A stretch of 61,889 nucleotides of DNA, from NCBI GenBank assembly GCA_040384565.1, contig JAZKJC010000009.1, forward strand, positions 1-61,889, written 5' to 3'. Both the position numbers and the translations under genes were made by a program. The notes below the pieces were generated by a model. The model was not told the DNA's origin. It saw only the letters and a program-made list of their open reading frames with translations, and did not search any database. The DNA comes from Patescibacteria group bacterium (GTDB taxonomy: Bacteria; Patescibacteriota; Saccharimonadia; Saccharimonadales; JAZKJC01). Shown in pieces: positions 34,574 through 43,951 of this stretch (within the stretch, counting starts at the first letter, position 1; each line of letters opens with the position of its first letter).

Positions 34574-35231
34574 TAAACCGTTCCGGGTAGTCAGTACAAA
34601 TCGCAATATCCGGGTACAAAAGGCTAAGAAACTTAGCCTGAAAGCGGTTATTGACTGTGTAAACATACAAATCCAAACCAGCTCGTTTTATCAGATAGTA
34701 AGTTAAGGGGTTGAGTATCCAGTAGTTCAGCCCCACGCCGTTCAGGTTTATACGTTTTGCCAGATGGATCACATCAAACAGCTTGGTTCGTTCCAGCGCG
34801 CCGAGGTTAAGCTCTGGTGCCAACATCCGCAATATTTCCAGCTCACCATGCTTAAACGACACAACATGCACCACCGCATTTGGGAACTTCGCTAAGTTTT
34901 TTATAAGCAGTTTCGCGCAACCTGGTTGCTTTACTTCTATGTATATACGCTTTTCGCCAACAAGTTCCAATACTTCAGATAATGTTGGGACAATTGCTCC
35001 GCCGTGCAAGGGAATTTTTTGTAGTTGCTTAAGCGTCAGGTCGCTAATTTTGTCGGAACTATCAGATACTCGTGTCAGGGTTGAGTCGTGGCAAACTACC
35101 AGTTGGTTGTCTTTTGTTTTTCTTATGTCAATTTCCACAGCGTACACACCCATATCAATCGCGGCCTGAATACTGGCTAATGTGTTTTCGAGTTCACTAC
35201 CGGCCGCACCACGGTGCCCGATTATTTTCAT
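34539..35231 (-). CDS. glycerophosphodiester phosphodiesterase
   Basis: IIGHRGAAG...ENT...EIDIRKTKDNQLVVCHD. ATG at 35231. Confidence 0.8.
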   Translation of the reverse strand: MKIIGHRGAAGSELENTLASIQAAIDMGVYAVEIDIRKTKDNQLVVCHDSTLTRVSDSSDKISDLTLKQLQKIPLHGGAIVPTLSEVLELVGEKRIYIEVKQPGCAKLLIKNLAKFPNAVVHVVSFKHGELEILRMLAPELNLGALERTKLFDVIHLAKRINLNGVGLNYWILNPLTYYLIKRAGLDLYVYTVNNRFQAKFLSLLYPDIAICTDYPERFIKRRGKAIDSA

Positions 35232-35276
35232 ACTAACGTAGTGTACAATAATACCCAAGTAATCGGAGAACCAGAG

Positions 35277-35813
35277 ATGGCAGATTTTAATCAAGTTTTG
35301 ACTTCCGGCAGTATTGACGATGGATTAGTAAATACTGTTGTAGAGATTCCGCAGGGATCAATTCTAAAAATTGAATGGGACCGGAAGCGGGCAGCGTTTA
35401 TGCTTGACCGCGTCGAACCAACCATTTTTACAAAACCCTGTAATTATGGCTTTATTCCACAAACGCTTGATGAGGATGGCGACGAACTGGATACACTGAT
35501 AGTCTGTCGCGATGAGCCGTTGCCGACAGGAATTTGGCTTGAGGCTAGGATTCTTGGGGTTATGAACTTTGAAGATGACGGTGAAATGGATCACAAAATT
35601 GTGGTGTCGCCAGCCGATGACCGCAACAACAATCAGTGGCTAAAAACACTCGATGATTTGGGTGAGCAGTGGAAGCAAAGAGTTGAACACCACTTTACGC
35701 ACTACAAAGACCTCAAAAAACCTGGCAGCACTAAAGTTCTGGGTTGGGGTAACATAGAAGATGCTAAAAAGTGCATCCGTGAATGTATGAAACGCTATAA
35801 AGCTGAGGTTTAA
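35277..35813 (+). CDS. ppa: inorganic pyrophosphatase (family I)
   Basis: EIPQGS...YGFIPQTL..DGDELD motifs. GGAGAA SD before ATG 35277. Confidence 0.85.
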   Translation: MADFNQVLTSGSIDDGLVNTVVEIPQGSILKIEWDRKRAAFMLDRVEPTIFTKPCNYGFIPQTLDEDGDELDTLIVCRDEPLPTGIWLEARILGVMNFEDDGEMDHKIVVSPADDRNNNQWLKTLDDLGEQWKQRVEHHFTHYKDLKKPGSTKVLGWGNIEDAKKCIRECMKRYKAEV

Positions 35814-36403
35814 TGAAAAAGGTTGTTCCTGAGGATGCAATTCTTATTCCAGACAACGCTAAGCGTGTTTTTAGGGGGATTGTCTTTGATGTATACCAGT
35901 GGCCGCAAAAAATGTTTGACGGAACTGTGAAGACATTCGAGATGCTTAAGAGGGTAGACACCGTAAAAGCAATCTGCATCGTTGATCAAAAGATAGTTGT
36001 ACAGCATGAAAAACAGCCAACGAGTGTATATAAAAATGAACTTCCTGGTGGAAGAGTTGAAAAGGGAGCGAAATCACTACTAGATGAGATTAAAAGGGAA
36101 GTTACAGAGGAAACCGGCTACAAATTTAAAAACTGGAAATTAATTCATGTGGCACAAGTTACGTATAAAATAGAAGGATTTTTTCATTATTACTTAGCGT
36201 GGGAATCGATTGGCCAACAAGCAGTAGCTCATGATGCTGGAGAAAATATCCTAACAGAACTAATCTCTTTTGAAAGAGCTAAAAAACTTAGCGGTCAGCC
36301 GGGGAACTTGTTAGCAGAAGTCTGGCCAATTTTCGAGAAAGCGAAAGATATTACTTCGCTACTCGAAGTGACGGAATTTCAAGGGCAAGTCTTAGACCGA
36401 TAA
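35813..36403 (+). CDS. NUDIX hydrolase (ADP-ribose pyrophosphatase-like)
   Basis: Nudix box LPGGRVEKGAKSLLDEIKREVTEETGY. Confidence 0.7.
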   Translation: MKKVVPEDAILIPDNAKRVFRGIVFDVYQWPQKMFDGTVKTFEMLKRVDTVKAICIVDQKIVVQHEKQPTSVYKNELPGGRVEKGAKSLLDEIKREVTEETGYKFKNWKLIHVAQVTYKIEGFFHYYLAWESIGQQAVAHDAGENILTELISFERAKKLSGQPGNLLAEVWPIFEKAKDITSLLEVTEFQGQVLDR

Positions 36404-36480
36404 TAATTGCGCTTCGCTTCAGTTACCCGTACAATACTTTGAGAAATGCTAACGCTTAAAAGAGGTGGGAATAAATTCTT

Positions 36481-37521
36481 ATGAAAACAAGGGTGGCAAT
36501 TAACGGATTTGGGCGGATCGGACGTAATGCGTTTAAGGTAGCTTTTGACCGGAGTGACTGTGAGATTGTGGCTATTAACGACCTAACAGACACCAAAACA
36601 CTGGCACATCTGCTGAAACACGATAGTAATTACGGTACTTATCAGCACGAGGTTAGCTTTGATGAATCTAATATCATAGTCAACGGGAAACACATCAAAG
36701 TACTTGCCGAAAAGGAGCCGTCGGCATTGCCTTGGGCAGATCTTAAGGTTGACGTAGTAATAGAATCAACAGGCTTTTTTGTTGATCCTGCCAAAGCTCG
36801 GGCTCATATTGATGCTGGTGCAAAAAAGGTAGTAATTAGTGCGCCCGCAAAAGGCGAAGGCGCGACTACTATTGTTATCGGCGTAAATGAAGATGGGCTA
36901 GATAAGGCTGAAGACATCATCAGTAATGCTTCCTGTACTACTAACTGTATTACGCCTGTCGCCGCAGTCATAGAAAATCATTTTGGAATAGAAAAGGCCA
37001 TGATGACGACAATTCATAGCTACACCGCCAGCCAGAAGCTGCAGGATGCTCCCGCCAAGGATTTGCGTGAGGCCCGCAGCGCGGCTGAAAATATTGTGCC
37101 TACTACTACAGGTGCCTCAATAGCCGCTGGACAAGCCTTGCCGGCTTTGCAGGGCATATTTGGGGGGCTATCTATACGTGTACCTACGCCGGTTGTATCG
37201 CTCAGTGATTTTGTAATCATCACCAAGCGTAAAGTTACCGTAGACGAAGTTAATGATGTCTTTAGGGCCGCTGCTCAAGAACCTTACTATCAGGGTATCT
37301 TAGCTGTGACGGATGAAGAACTTGTTAGTAGCGATTTCATTGGCAACAGCCATTCGGCAATTGTAGATACACATCTGACAGCTGTAGTTGATGGCAACAT
37401 GCTCAAAGTGGTTGCCTGGTATGACAATGAATGGGGCTATAGTAACCGGCTCGTAGAAGTGGTTGCGGATTTGGGAAAATTTCTGCACCAAAAAGAAGAT
37501 CACAGCGAACACCACGATTAG
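36481..37521 (+). CDS. gap: type I glyceraldehyde-3-phosphate dehydrogenase
   Basis: INGFGRIGR and the SNASCTTNC active site. Confidence 0.9.
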   Translation: MKTRVAINGFGRIGRNAFKVAFDRSDCEIVAINDLTDTKTLAHLLKHDSNYGTYQHEVSFDESNIIVNGKHIKVLAEKEPSALPWADLKVDVVIESTGFFVDPAKARAHIDAGAKKVVISAPAKGEGATTIVIGVNEDGLDKAEDIISNASCTTNCITPVAAVIENHFGIEKAMMTTIHSYTASQKLQDAPAKDLREARSAAENIVPTTTGASIAAGQALPALQGIFGGLSIRVPTPVVSLSDFVIITKRKVTVDEVNDVFRAAAQEPYYQGILAVTDEELVSSDFIGNSHSAIVDTHLTAVVDGNMLKVVAWYDNEWGYSNRLVEVVADLGKFLHQKEDHSEHHD

Positions 37522-37537
37522 TCGCTCCCTATATCGT

Positions 37538-37617
37538 CTTGGGGTAGCGTTTCACGCAGTGAAAATTTGCTGGATGCCAAATTTACTCTGGTTGCACTCA
37601 GCAAAGACTACCCCAAG
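37538..37617. repeat. 80-bp hairpin containing 50-nt repeat copy 2
   Basis: Outer perfect stem CTTGGGGTAG / CTACCCCAAG. The core at 37555-37604 is 47/50 identical to 5654-5703. Confidence 0.8.
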
Positions 37618-37680
37618 CCAATATAGCTCGCTTGATTTTATTGGGTTGTAAGTCGGTGGTTAATCTAATAAAGTGTGGGT

Positions 37681-38172
37681 ATGAAGATAGCGCTTAGTAC
37701 GGACCATGCCGGATTTGACGATTTACCAAAGCTCCAGACTTTTTTAGAATCACAAGGCCATGTGTGCGTTAACTTTGGTCCCCAAGCTTTAGATATGGCC
37801 GATGATTATCCGGATTTTATTTTTCCGGCAGCACGAGCCGTGGCAAGTGGAGAATGTGAGTTAGGAATTATTTGGGGTGGCAGCGGTCAAGGTGAAGCGA
37901 TGGTAGCTAACCGAGTAAAAGGTGTGCGATGCGTAGTTTATTACGGACCAGCAAAAGCAAAACGAGCAATCAATGCTGAGGGCGACAGTGCTCAGGATGA
38001 TTTGGAGATATTGCGCTTAGCCCGTGAGCATAATAACTCTAATATGTTGAGTTTAGGAGCCCGCTTTTTGGATCAACAGGACATAGAACAGGCGGTCAAC
38101 ATTTGGTTGGCAACACCACATGTTGGCTTGGAGCGCCACACTCGCCGAATCAAAAAAATTGATCTCCCATGA
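37681..38172 (+). CDS. rpiB: ribose-5-phosphate isomerase B
   Basis: MKIALSTDHAG..., GIIWGGSGQGEAMVANR. Confidence 0.8.
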   Translation: MKIALSTDHAGFDDLPKLQTFLESQGHVCVNFGPQALDMADDYPDFIFPAARAVASGECELGIIWGGSGQGEAMVANRVKGVRCVVYYGPAKAKRAINAEGDSAQDDLEILRLAREHNNSNMLSLGARFLDQQDIEQAVNIWLATPHVGLERHTRRIKKIDLP

Positions 38173-38552
38173 AGCTGATGCACACAAGCTATTTGATCCG
38201 CTATATGTTACTTACAATTATAATGCTAACTTCGATAATTGGCGTAAAAGCAAGCGATGTCATTTTTCTGGCTGTCATCCTAGCTTTGTTTAACCTTAAG
38301 TACTTGCTCTACGACGGACTTATAGTATTAGGAAAACACCACATCAAAAAATTTGTCGCACAGCCCTGGCATTTAACCGGTTATTATTTGGCGGCTGTTA
38401 TCGACATACTCTCAGTATACTATGCTGTGTTTAGTGGTGATACAGACGCTGGGTTTTCAGTAATAATCTTAATATTCTTTACTCCTTGGATACTTGTGAC
38501 AAGTCTAATATTAATGGTTGCTAACACAGTTTTTGCAAGAAAGGCGAAGTAA
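38169..38552 (+). CDS. small polytopic membrane protein
   Basis: 127 aa with 4 hydrophobic segments. Overlaps the rpiB stop (ATGA). Confidence 0.5.
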   Translation: MKLMHTSYLIRYMLLTIIMLTSIIGVKASDVIFLAVILALFNLKYLLYDGLIVLGKHHIKKFVAQPWHLTGYYLAAVIDILSVYYAVFSGDTDAGFSVIILIFFTPWILVTSLILMVANTVFARKAK

Positions 38553-38556
38553 TATA

Positions 38557-39219
38557 ATGACAATCATTTGTCCAACTGTGACTGCTTTTGACTCAGTCGA
38601 ATACCGGAAGCAGATTGAGCGGGTAGCACCGTTTACTGAGCGTGTGCATATTGATTTGATGGATGGTAAGTTTGCTCCAACAAAATCGCCGGAACTTAGC
38701 GAAATATGGTGGCCCCATCATATGCGGGCAGATATACACCTAATGTATGAGCGGCCAATGGAATATTTAGAACAAATTATAAAGCTGAATCCGCGGATGG
38801 TAATTGTTCATAACGAAGCTACGGTACACCATATGCACTTTGCTGGTGAGCTTCATAAAGAGAATATTTTGGTAGGGCTGGCGGTGCTGGCCGATACGCC
38901 AATTGAACACGCTTATCAGATTATGCATAGCTTTGATCAGGTCTTGATTTTTAGTGGCAAGCTAGGACACCACGGTGGCCAAGCCGATCTGGGGTTATTA
39001 GAAAAAGTGCATAAAACCCGACAACACCACCCTGACGTAGAAATTGCCTGGGACGGAGGCATAAATGCCGAAAATGCTCAGCTGTTGGCAGGTGCTGGCG
39101 TGGACGTACTCAACGTTGGTGGTTACATCCAAAAGTCTGACAACCCGGCAGACGCTTATGCTACACTTAAAGCATTAGTGGAAAACAGGGATGAACATAG
39201 CCAAAAAATTGACGATTGA
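38557..39219 (+). CDS. rpe: ribulose-phosphate 3-epimerase family protein
   Basis: VHIDLMDGKFAP motif and a TIM-barrel-sized protein. Confidence 0.7.
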   Translation: MTIICPTVTAFDSVEYRKQIERVAPFTERVHIDLMDGKFAPTKSPELSEIWWPHHMRADIHLMYERPMEYLEQIIKLNPRMVIVHNEATVHHMHFAGELHKENILVGLAVLADTPIEHAYQIMHSFDQVLIFSGKLGHHGGQADLGLLEKVHKTRQHHPDVEIAWDGGINAENAQLLAGAGVDVLNVGGYIQKSDNPADAYATLKALVENRDEHSQKIDD

Positions 39220-40054
39220 ACAACTTGAGATCAAGGCAAATGAAATTCGAGAGGATATCATTAGGGCGTTGGAGCATGCTGGTAGCGGGCATAGCGCTGG
39301 ACCGCTTGGTTTAGCAGATATATTTGCGGCGCTTTATTTTGACATTTTAAATTATGATCCTAAAAAACCGGATTGGGATGAGCGGGATATATTGTTGCTA
39401 AGTAACGGTCATTGTGTGCCGGTACAATACGTTACTATGGCGCATGCTGGTTTTTTTGATAAAAAAGAACTTAAGACTCTGCGACAATTTGGATCGCGGT
39501 TGCAAGGTCACCCTGAGAGGACTAGATTACCGGGCCTTGAAAACACTAGTGGGCCGCTGGGGTGTGGACTGAGCCAGGCTGCCGGCATGGCACTAGCTAT
39601 GCGCATGAATAATGATTTGCACCGTTGGGTCTATGTAATATTGGGCGATGGCGAGCTTGATGAGGGTAATGTTTGGGAAGCGGCCATGCTTGCCGGCAAA
39701 TATAAGCTGAACAATGTTATCGGCATTATTGATCGCAATAACATTCAGATTGACGGGCCAACAGAGACTGTTATGCCGCTGGAAGATCTGAAAGGCAAAT
39801 GGGAGGCTTTTGGCTGGCATGTCATAGAAATTGACGGTAACGACATTGAAGCTATTATTGATGCTACCGCTATGGCAAGAGCAATTGTTGAAAAGCCAGT
39901 TATGATCATAGCCTACACAGTACCCGGTAAGGGTGTAGATTTTATGGAATATGACTTTCATTGGCATGGTGCCCCGCCCAATCATGAGCAGGCTGTTAAG
40001 GCATTGCATGAGCTTAGGACGCTTGGCGGAAAAATAAGGAGTGAACATGAGTAA
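39191..40054 (+). CDS. tkt: transketolase, N-terminal (TPP-binding) subunit
   Basis: GSGHSAGPLG, GHC.P..Y and GDGELDEGNVWEA motifs. Confidence 0.85.
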   Translation: MNIAKKLTIEQLEIKANEIREDIIRALEHAGSGHSAGPLGLADIFAALYFDILNYDPKKPDWDERDILLLSNGHCVPVQYVTMAHAGFFDKKELKTLRQFGSRLQGHPERTRLPGLENTSGPLGCGLSQAAGMALAMRMNNDLHRWVYVILGDGELDEGNVWEAAMLAGKYKLNNVIGIIDRNNIQIDGPTETVMPLEDLKGKWEAFGWHVIEIDGNDIEAIIDATAMARAIVEKPVMIIAYTVPGKGVDFMEYDFHWHGAPPNHEQAVKALHELRTLGGKIRSEHE

Positions 40055-40219
40055 CCGCTCATCATATTTACTTAGGGCAGCACTTTGCATGGACAAGCAA
40101 GGAACACTACATGCGGCGTTCAGCAAAACTACCCTAAATAAACATGATTCGCTCAGTTTTAGGCTGCACTCAGCAAAAAGCCTCTTTCGCTCAAAATATT
40201 CGCTTTATTGGAGTGTGAA

Positions 40220-41197
40220 ATGAGTGATTTTCATCTTATTGCGGATATTATGGCTAAGGATATTGTTAAGGAGCCAAATCGTAAGGGTTTTGGGCGGGGG
40301 TTATTAGAGGCTGGGAAGCGGGATGTAAATGTCGTGGCGGCTTGTGCGGATTTGACGGATTCAACTCAAATTAGTTTGTTTAGGGACGCGTTTCCGGAGC
40401 GATTTGTAGAGATTGGTGTTGCTGAACAAAACTTGGTAACGGTAGGATCTGGGCTGGCAGCAATGGGTAAGATCCCATTTGTAAGCTCATACGCGGCTTT
40501 CAGCCCGGGACGAAACTGGGAACAGATTCGTACAACTATTTGCCTGAATGACCGTCCAGTCAAGATTATCGGTTCACATGCTGGACTTTACACCGGCAAA
40601 GATGGCGCTACCCATCAGATGCTGGAAGATATAGCACTTATGCGTGTGTTGCCTAACATGGTTGTGATAGCTCCTGGAGACAGCCTGGAAGCTGAACGGG
40701 CGACTTTGGCGATGGCAGCAGATAAGCGTCCCAACTACATGCGCCTGGCTCGAGAACCTATTCCAATCATAACGACCGATAAAACACCTTTTGAAATTGG
40801 TAAAGCCTATGTTTACGCACCAGGGGACGACATAACGATAATTAGTACCGGAACAATGACCTATCCGGCATTAGTTGCAGCCGAGCTTTTGTATAAACAT
40901 GGCATTGATGCTGAAGTTATCCATTGCCCCACGATTAAGCCACTAGATAGTGCCACTATACTCAAAAGTGTTCACAAGACTAAAGCCGTACTGACAGTAG
41001 AAGAAGCGCAAATCAATGGTGGGCTCGGTGGCGCAGTTGCAGAACTTTTAGGAGAAGAATTCCCTGTGCCCATGAAACGAATGGGTATGCGTGATCATTT
41101 TGGCGAATCAGGCGACCCGGAAGATTTGCTTAAGCATTTTGGGCTGACAGCGAAACACATCATGCTTACTGCGCATGAAGTGGCTGGGAGAAAATAA
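40220..41197 (+). CDS. tkt: transketolase, C-terminal (pyrimidine-binding) subunit
   Basis: FVEIGVAEQN and G.DGATHQ..EDIALMR motifs. GGAG SD before ATG 40220. Confidence 0.85.
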   Translation: MSDFHLIADIMAKDIVKEPNRKGFGRGLLEAGKRDVNVVAACADLTDSTQISLFRDAFPERFVEIGVAEQNLVTVGSGLAAMGKIPFVSSYAAFSPGRNWEQIRTTICLNDRPVKIIGSHAGLYTGKDGATHQMLEDIALMRVLPNMVVIAPGDSLEAERATLAMAADKRPNYMRLAREPIPIITTDKTPFEIGKAYVYAPGDDITIISTGTMTYPALVAAELLYKHGIDAEVIHCPTIKPLDSATILKSVHKTKAVLTVEEAQINGGLGGAVAELLGEEFPVPMKRMGMRDHFGESGDPEDLLKHFGLTAKHIMLTAHEVAGRK

Positions 41198-41203
41198 ACT
41201 AAT

Positions 41204-41289
41204 GCGTAGAACGTATAACGTAGAACGTATAACGGCTAAGACAAGCTCATTGAAGCCAGCCGCTATACGTACTACCAACCCCGTACTAC
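41204..41289. repeat. 86-bp hairpin built from tandem 14-mers
   Basis: The left arm carries GTAGAACGTATAAC twice (41206-41233). It pairs imperfectly with GCCGCTATACGTACTACCAACCCCGTACTAC. Confidence 0.5.
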
Positions 41290-41308
41290 TGAAACCGGAG
41301 GTTTCGTA

Positions 41309-42223
41309 ATGTCGCTAACATTGAGGCAGATTAGAGAGAATTGCCAGAAAGCTCGTCACGCTATGGCCAGAGCGCGAACTGAGAACTTTGCGCTAGGCGC
41401 CTTTAATATAGACAACCAGGAAACGCTCAAGGCAATTGCTAAGGCGGCTGCGAGTAAAAAAGCGCCCCTGATGGTTGAAGCAAGCTTCGGTGAGGTCGAG
41501 GCTTTAGGCGTCGAAAATATTCGCGACATGGTGGATAACTACAAGCAGGAATATGGTATTGAGATGTATATAAATCTTGACCACAGCCCTACTATCGCAG
41601 CTGCAATTGAAGGCATTGAAGCAGGTTTTGAGTTTATTCATATTGACATAAGCCAAGCTAGGCGTGACGCTACGGTTGAAGAGATCATAACCGAAACAAA
41701 GCAAATTGTTGAATATGCCAAAATAACGGGGGCACTTGTAGAAAGTGAGCCACATTATTTTGGCGGTGGATCCAATGTATTTACTGAAAAGATTGATTAT
41801 GAAGAGATTAAAAAGACTTTTAGTACGCCGGAAGGCACTAAAGCTTTTGTGGATGCTACAGGAATAGATACGTACGCTGTAGCTATCGGCAACTTGCACG
41901 GTAAATATCCCGTTCCAAAAATTTTACAAATTGACTTGCTAAAACAAATAAGACAGGTTGTTGGCTGCAACATATCACTTCATGGTGGTAGCGGTACCCC
42001 GGGACACTATTTTAAGGAAGCGGTAAAAATCGGAGTCAGTAAAATAAATATCAATACAGATATGCGTTTTGCATACCGTGAAACTCTAGAAAAAGAATTA
42101 AAGGAAAATCCGACAGAGTATGCGGTCGTAAAGCTTATGGATAAAGTTATTGAGGCTGTTCAGGCTGTCGTAGAAGAAAAAATTGATATGTTTAACGCAG
42201 CTGGCAAAGCTGTGATAGACTAA
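41309..42223 (+). CDS. fba: class II fructose-bisphosphate aldolase
   Basis: LDHS, LHGGSG and INIDTD-like (ININTD) motifs. Confidence 0.85.
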   Translation: MSLTLRQIRENCQKARHAMARARTENFALGAFNIDNQETLKAIAKAAASKKAPLMVEASFGEVEALGVENIRDMVDNYKQEYGIEMYINLDHSPTIAAAIEGIEAGFEFIHIDISQARRDATVEEIITETKQIVEYAKITGALVESEPHYFGGGSNVFTEKIDYEEIKKTFSTPEGTKAFVDATGIDTYAVAIGNLHGKYPVPKILQIDLLKQIRQVVGCNISLHGGSGTPGHYFKEAVKIGVSKININTDMRFAYRETLEKELKENPTEYAVVKLMDKVIEAVQAVVEEKIDMFNAAGKAVID

Positions 42224-42251
42224 GCATAAGTATGAAAATGGGGTGGGGGAA

Positions 42252-43253
42252 ATGAGCCAGATAGACGTGTTAAGTATAGGCGATGTAGTAACTGACGCCT
42301 TTATCAAATTATTTGATGATCGAGCGCATACTTATGAAAACGAACACGGTAAATGGCTGGCAGTTCCGTTTGGCCAGAAAGTTCCTTTTGACCATGCTGA
42401 GGTTATTGAAGCGGTTGGAAATGCCGCGAATGCCGCCGTTAGTTTCGCGAAGCTTGGGCTAGAGAGCGGCTTAATTTCTAATGTTGGCGGTGATTCAAAT
42501 GGCCGGGATATAATTCGGGCCCTGCATGATAAAGGCGTAGATAGCCGTTTTGTAATTATTAATCCTCATAAAATTAGTAACTACCACTACGTTCTTTGGT
42601 ACAAAGAAGAACGAACAATACTTATTAAACACGAGGAATATGATTATCATTGGCCAAGGTTTCGCTCCATAGACATACCAAAGTGGGTGTATTTTAGCTC
42701 AATCAGCAAAAACGCTCTTGACCACTATCATGATCTGGTTTCTGACTGGCTTAAAGACAATCCAGATGTCAAGTTTGCTTTTCAGCCTGGCACCTACCAA
42801 CTGGAGGCGGGCGTAGAAAAGATAAGGGCGCTGTATGACCGCGCTGAAGTCGTGGTCCTGAACCGTGAAGAAGCCGCCCTGGTTACCGGCAAGGACCCGG
42901 ATGATATGCATGTACTGCTGGACCAAATGCACAGCTATGGTCCTACAATAGTTTGTATTACGGATGGGCCGGCCGGTGCCTATGCATCTGATGGCAAAAA
43001 GCGGCTTAAAATGCCCCCCTATCCTGATCCAGCCCCGCCATTTGAGCGCACCGGCGCGGGCGATGCCTTTGCCAGTACTTTTGTTGCGGCACTTATTCAG
43101 GGAAATAACATCGAGGGTGCGTTACAGTGGGCACCAATAAACTCTATGAGCGTAGTACAACATGCTGGTGCCCAAGCCGGATTACTCACAGAACACGAAA
43201 TAGGCGAATTTCTGAAAAAAGCCCCAGAATGGTACAAACCAGAAAATTTCTAG
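42252..43253 (+). CDS. PfkB family carbohydrate kinase
   Basis: Ribokinase-like fold with the C-terminal TGAGDAF anion-hole motif. Confidence 0.75.
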   Translation: MSQIDVLSIGDVVTDAFIKLFDDRAHTYENEHGKWLAVPFGQKVPFDHAEVIEAVGNAANAAVSFAKLGLESGLISNVGGDSNGRDIIRALHDKGVDSRFVIINPHKISNYHYVLWYKEERTILIKHEEYDYHWPRFRSIDIPKWVYFSSISKNALDHYHDLVSDWLKDNPDVKFAFQPGTYQLEAGVEKIRALYDRAEVVVLNREEAALVTGKDPDDMHVLLDQMHSYGPTIVCITDGPAGAYASDGKKRLKMPPYPDPAPPFERTGAGDAFASTFVAALIQGNNIEGALQWAPINSMSVVQHAGAQAGLLTEHEIGEFLKKAPEWYKPENF

Positions 43254-43897
43254 GTTTGTAGCGGTAAAGTTTCTGATAATGCGGAACCTGACACAAACAT
43301 AGTGCGATAGGTTCCCATAGTTGACAAGGAAAGTGTGGCCCCACCAACGAGCATCATGTCAGCAAATCTTTCTGAATGTGGTATGTGCTTACCCCTATCC
43401 AGAGCTATTGCCATTCCAATGTCATTTAAGGCTGTCTTAAGTCTTGCCGCCTGAATCGCGCCAGTGTTTTTATTGCCCTTTTCGCCGGCTTGATTTCGCC
43501 AATTTTCTACAACCACGTCACGGACGCCTTGAGTGACCATCAAGCCTGCATAAAGAGTCGCTCGCCCAAACTGTCGATGTCTGAGGGCTTTCACTGCCAA
43601 ACCAGACATCACAGATCTATAAAGCCACTGATCGGCTTTGCGGTCTCTCGCGCCACCTTCGATCTTCTCGGCTGAATTTGGTTCAATGTCATGACTCTTT
43701 TTTCCCAAAAATCCATCCCAAAAATCTGAGGCTTCGGAAGTTACTAAAGCAACTTGAAGCTCGGCGTCATCAATTAGCTCCGTTGCGATCAAAAAGCCTA
43801 AAAAAGGTGATGTATATTTACGCCCATCGCTTGAGATATTGGCTAGGAAACGATAAGCCCGTGCTTGTTTGTGTCTAAAGACTTCTCTATTGGACAT
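43250..43897 (-). CDS. hypothetical protein, weak CDP-alcohol phosphatidyltransferase-like motif
   Basis: DFWDGFLGKK ... GGARDRKAD loosely fits DG-x2-(A/G)(R/K)...G-x3-D-x3-D. Only moderately hydrophobic. Confidence 0.35.
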   Translation of the reverse strand: MSNREVFRHKQARAYRFLANISSDGRKYTSPFLGFLIATELIDDAELQVALVTSEASDFWDGFLGKKSHDIEPNSAEKIEGGARDRKADQWLYRSVMSGLAVKALRHRQFGRATLYAGLMVTQGVRDVVVENWRNQAGEKGNKNTGAIQAARLKTALNDIGMAIALDRGKHIPHSERFADMMLVGGATLSLSTMGTYRTMFVSGSALSETLPLQT

Positions 43898-43951
43898 GCT
43901 TTAACAACTCTAGCAGCTCCCATTTGCTTTGCAAGCTCTAGCATCTTGGAG

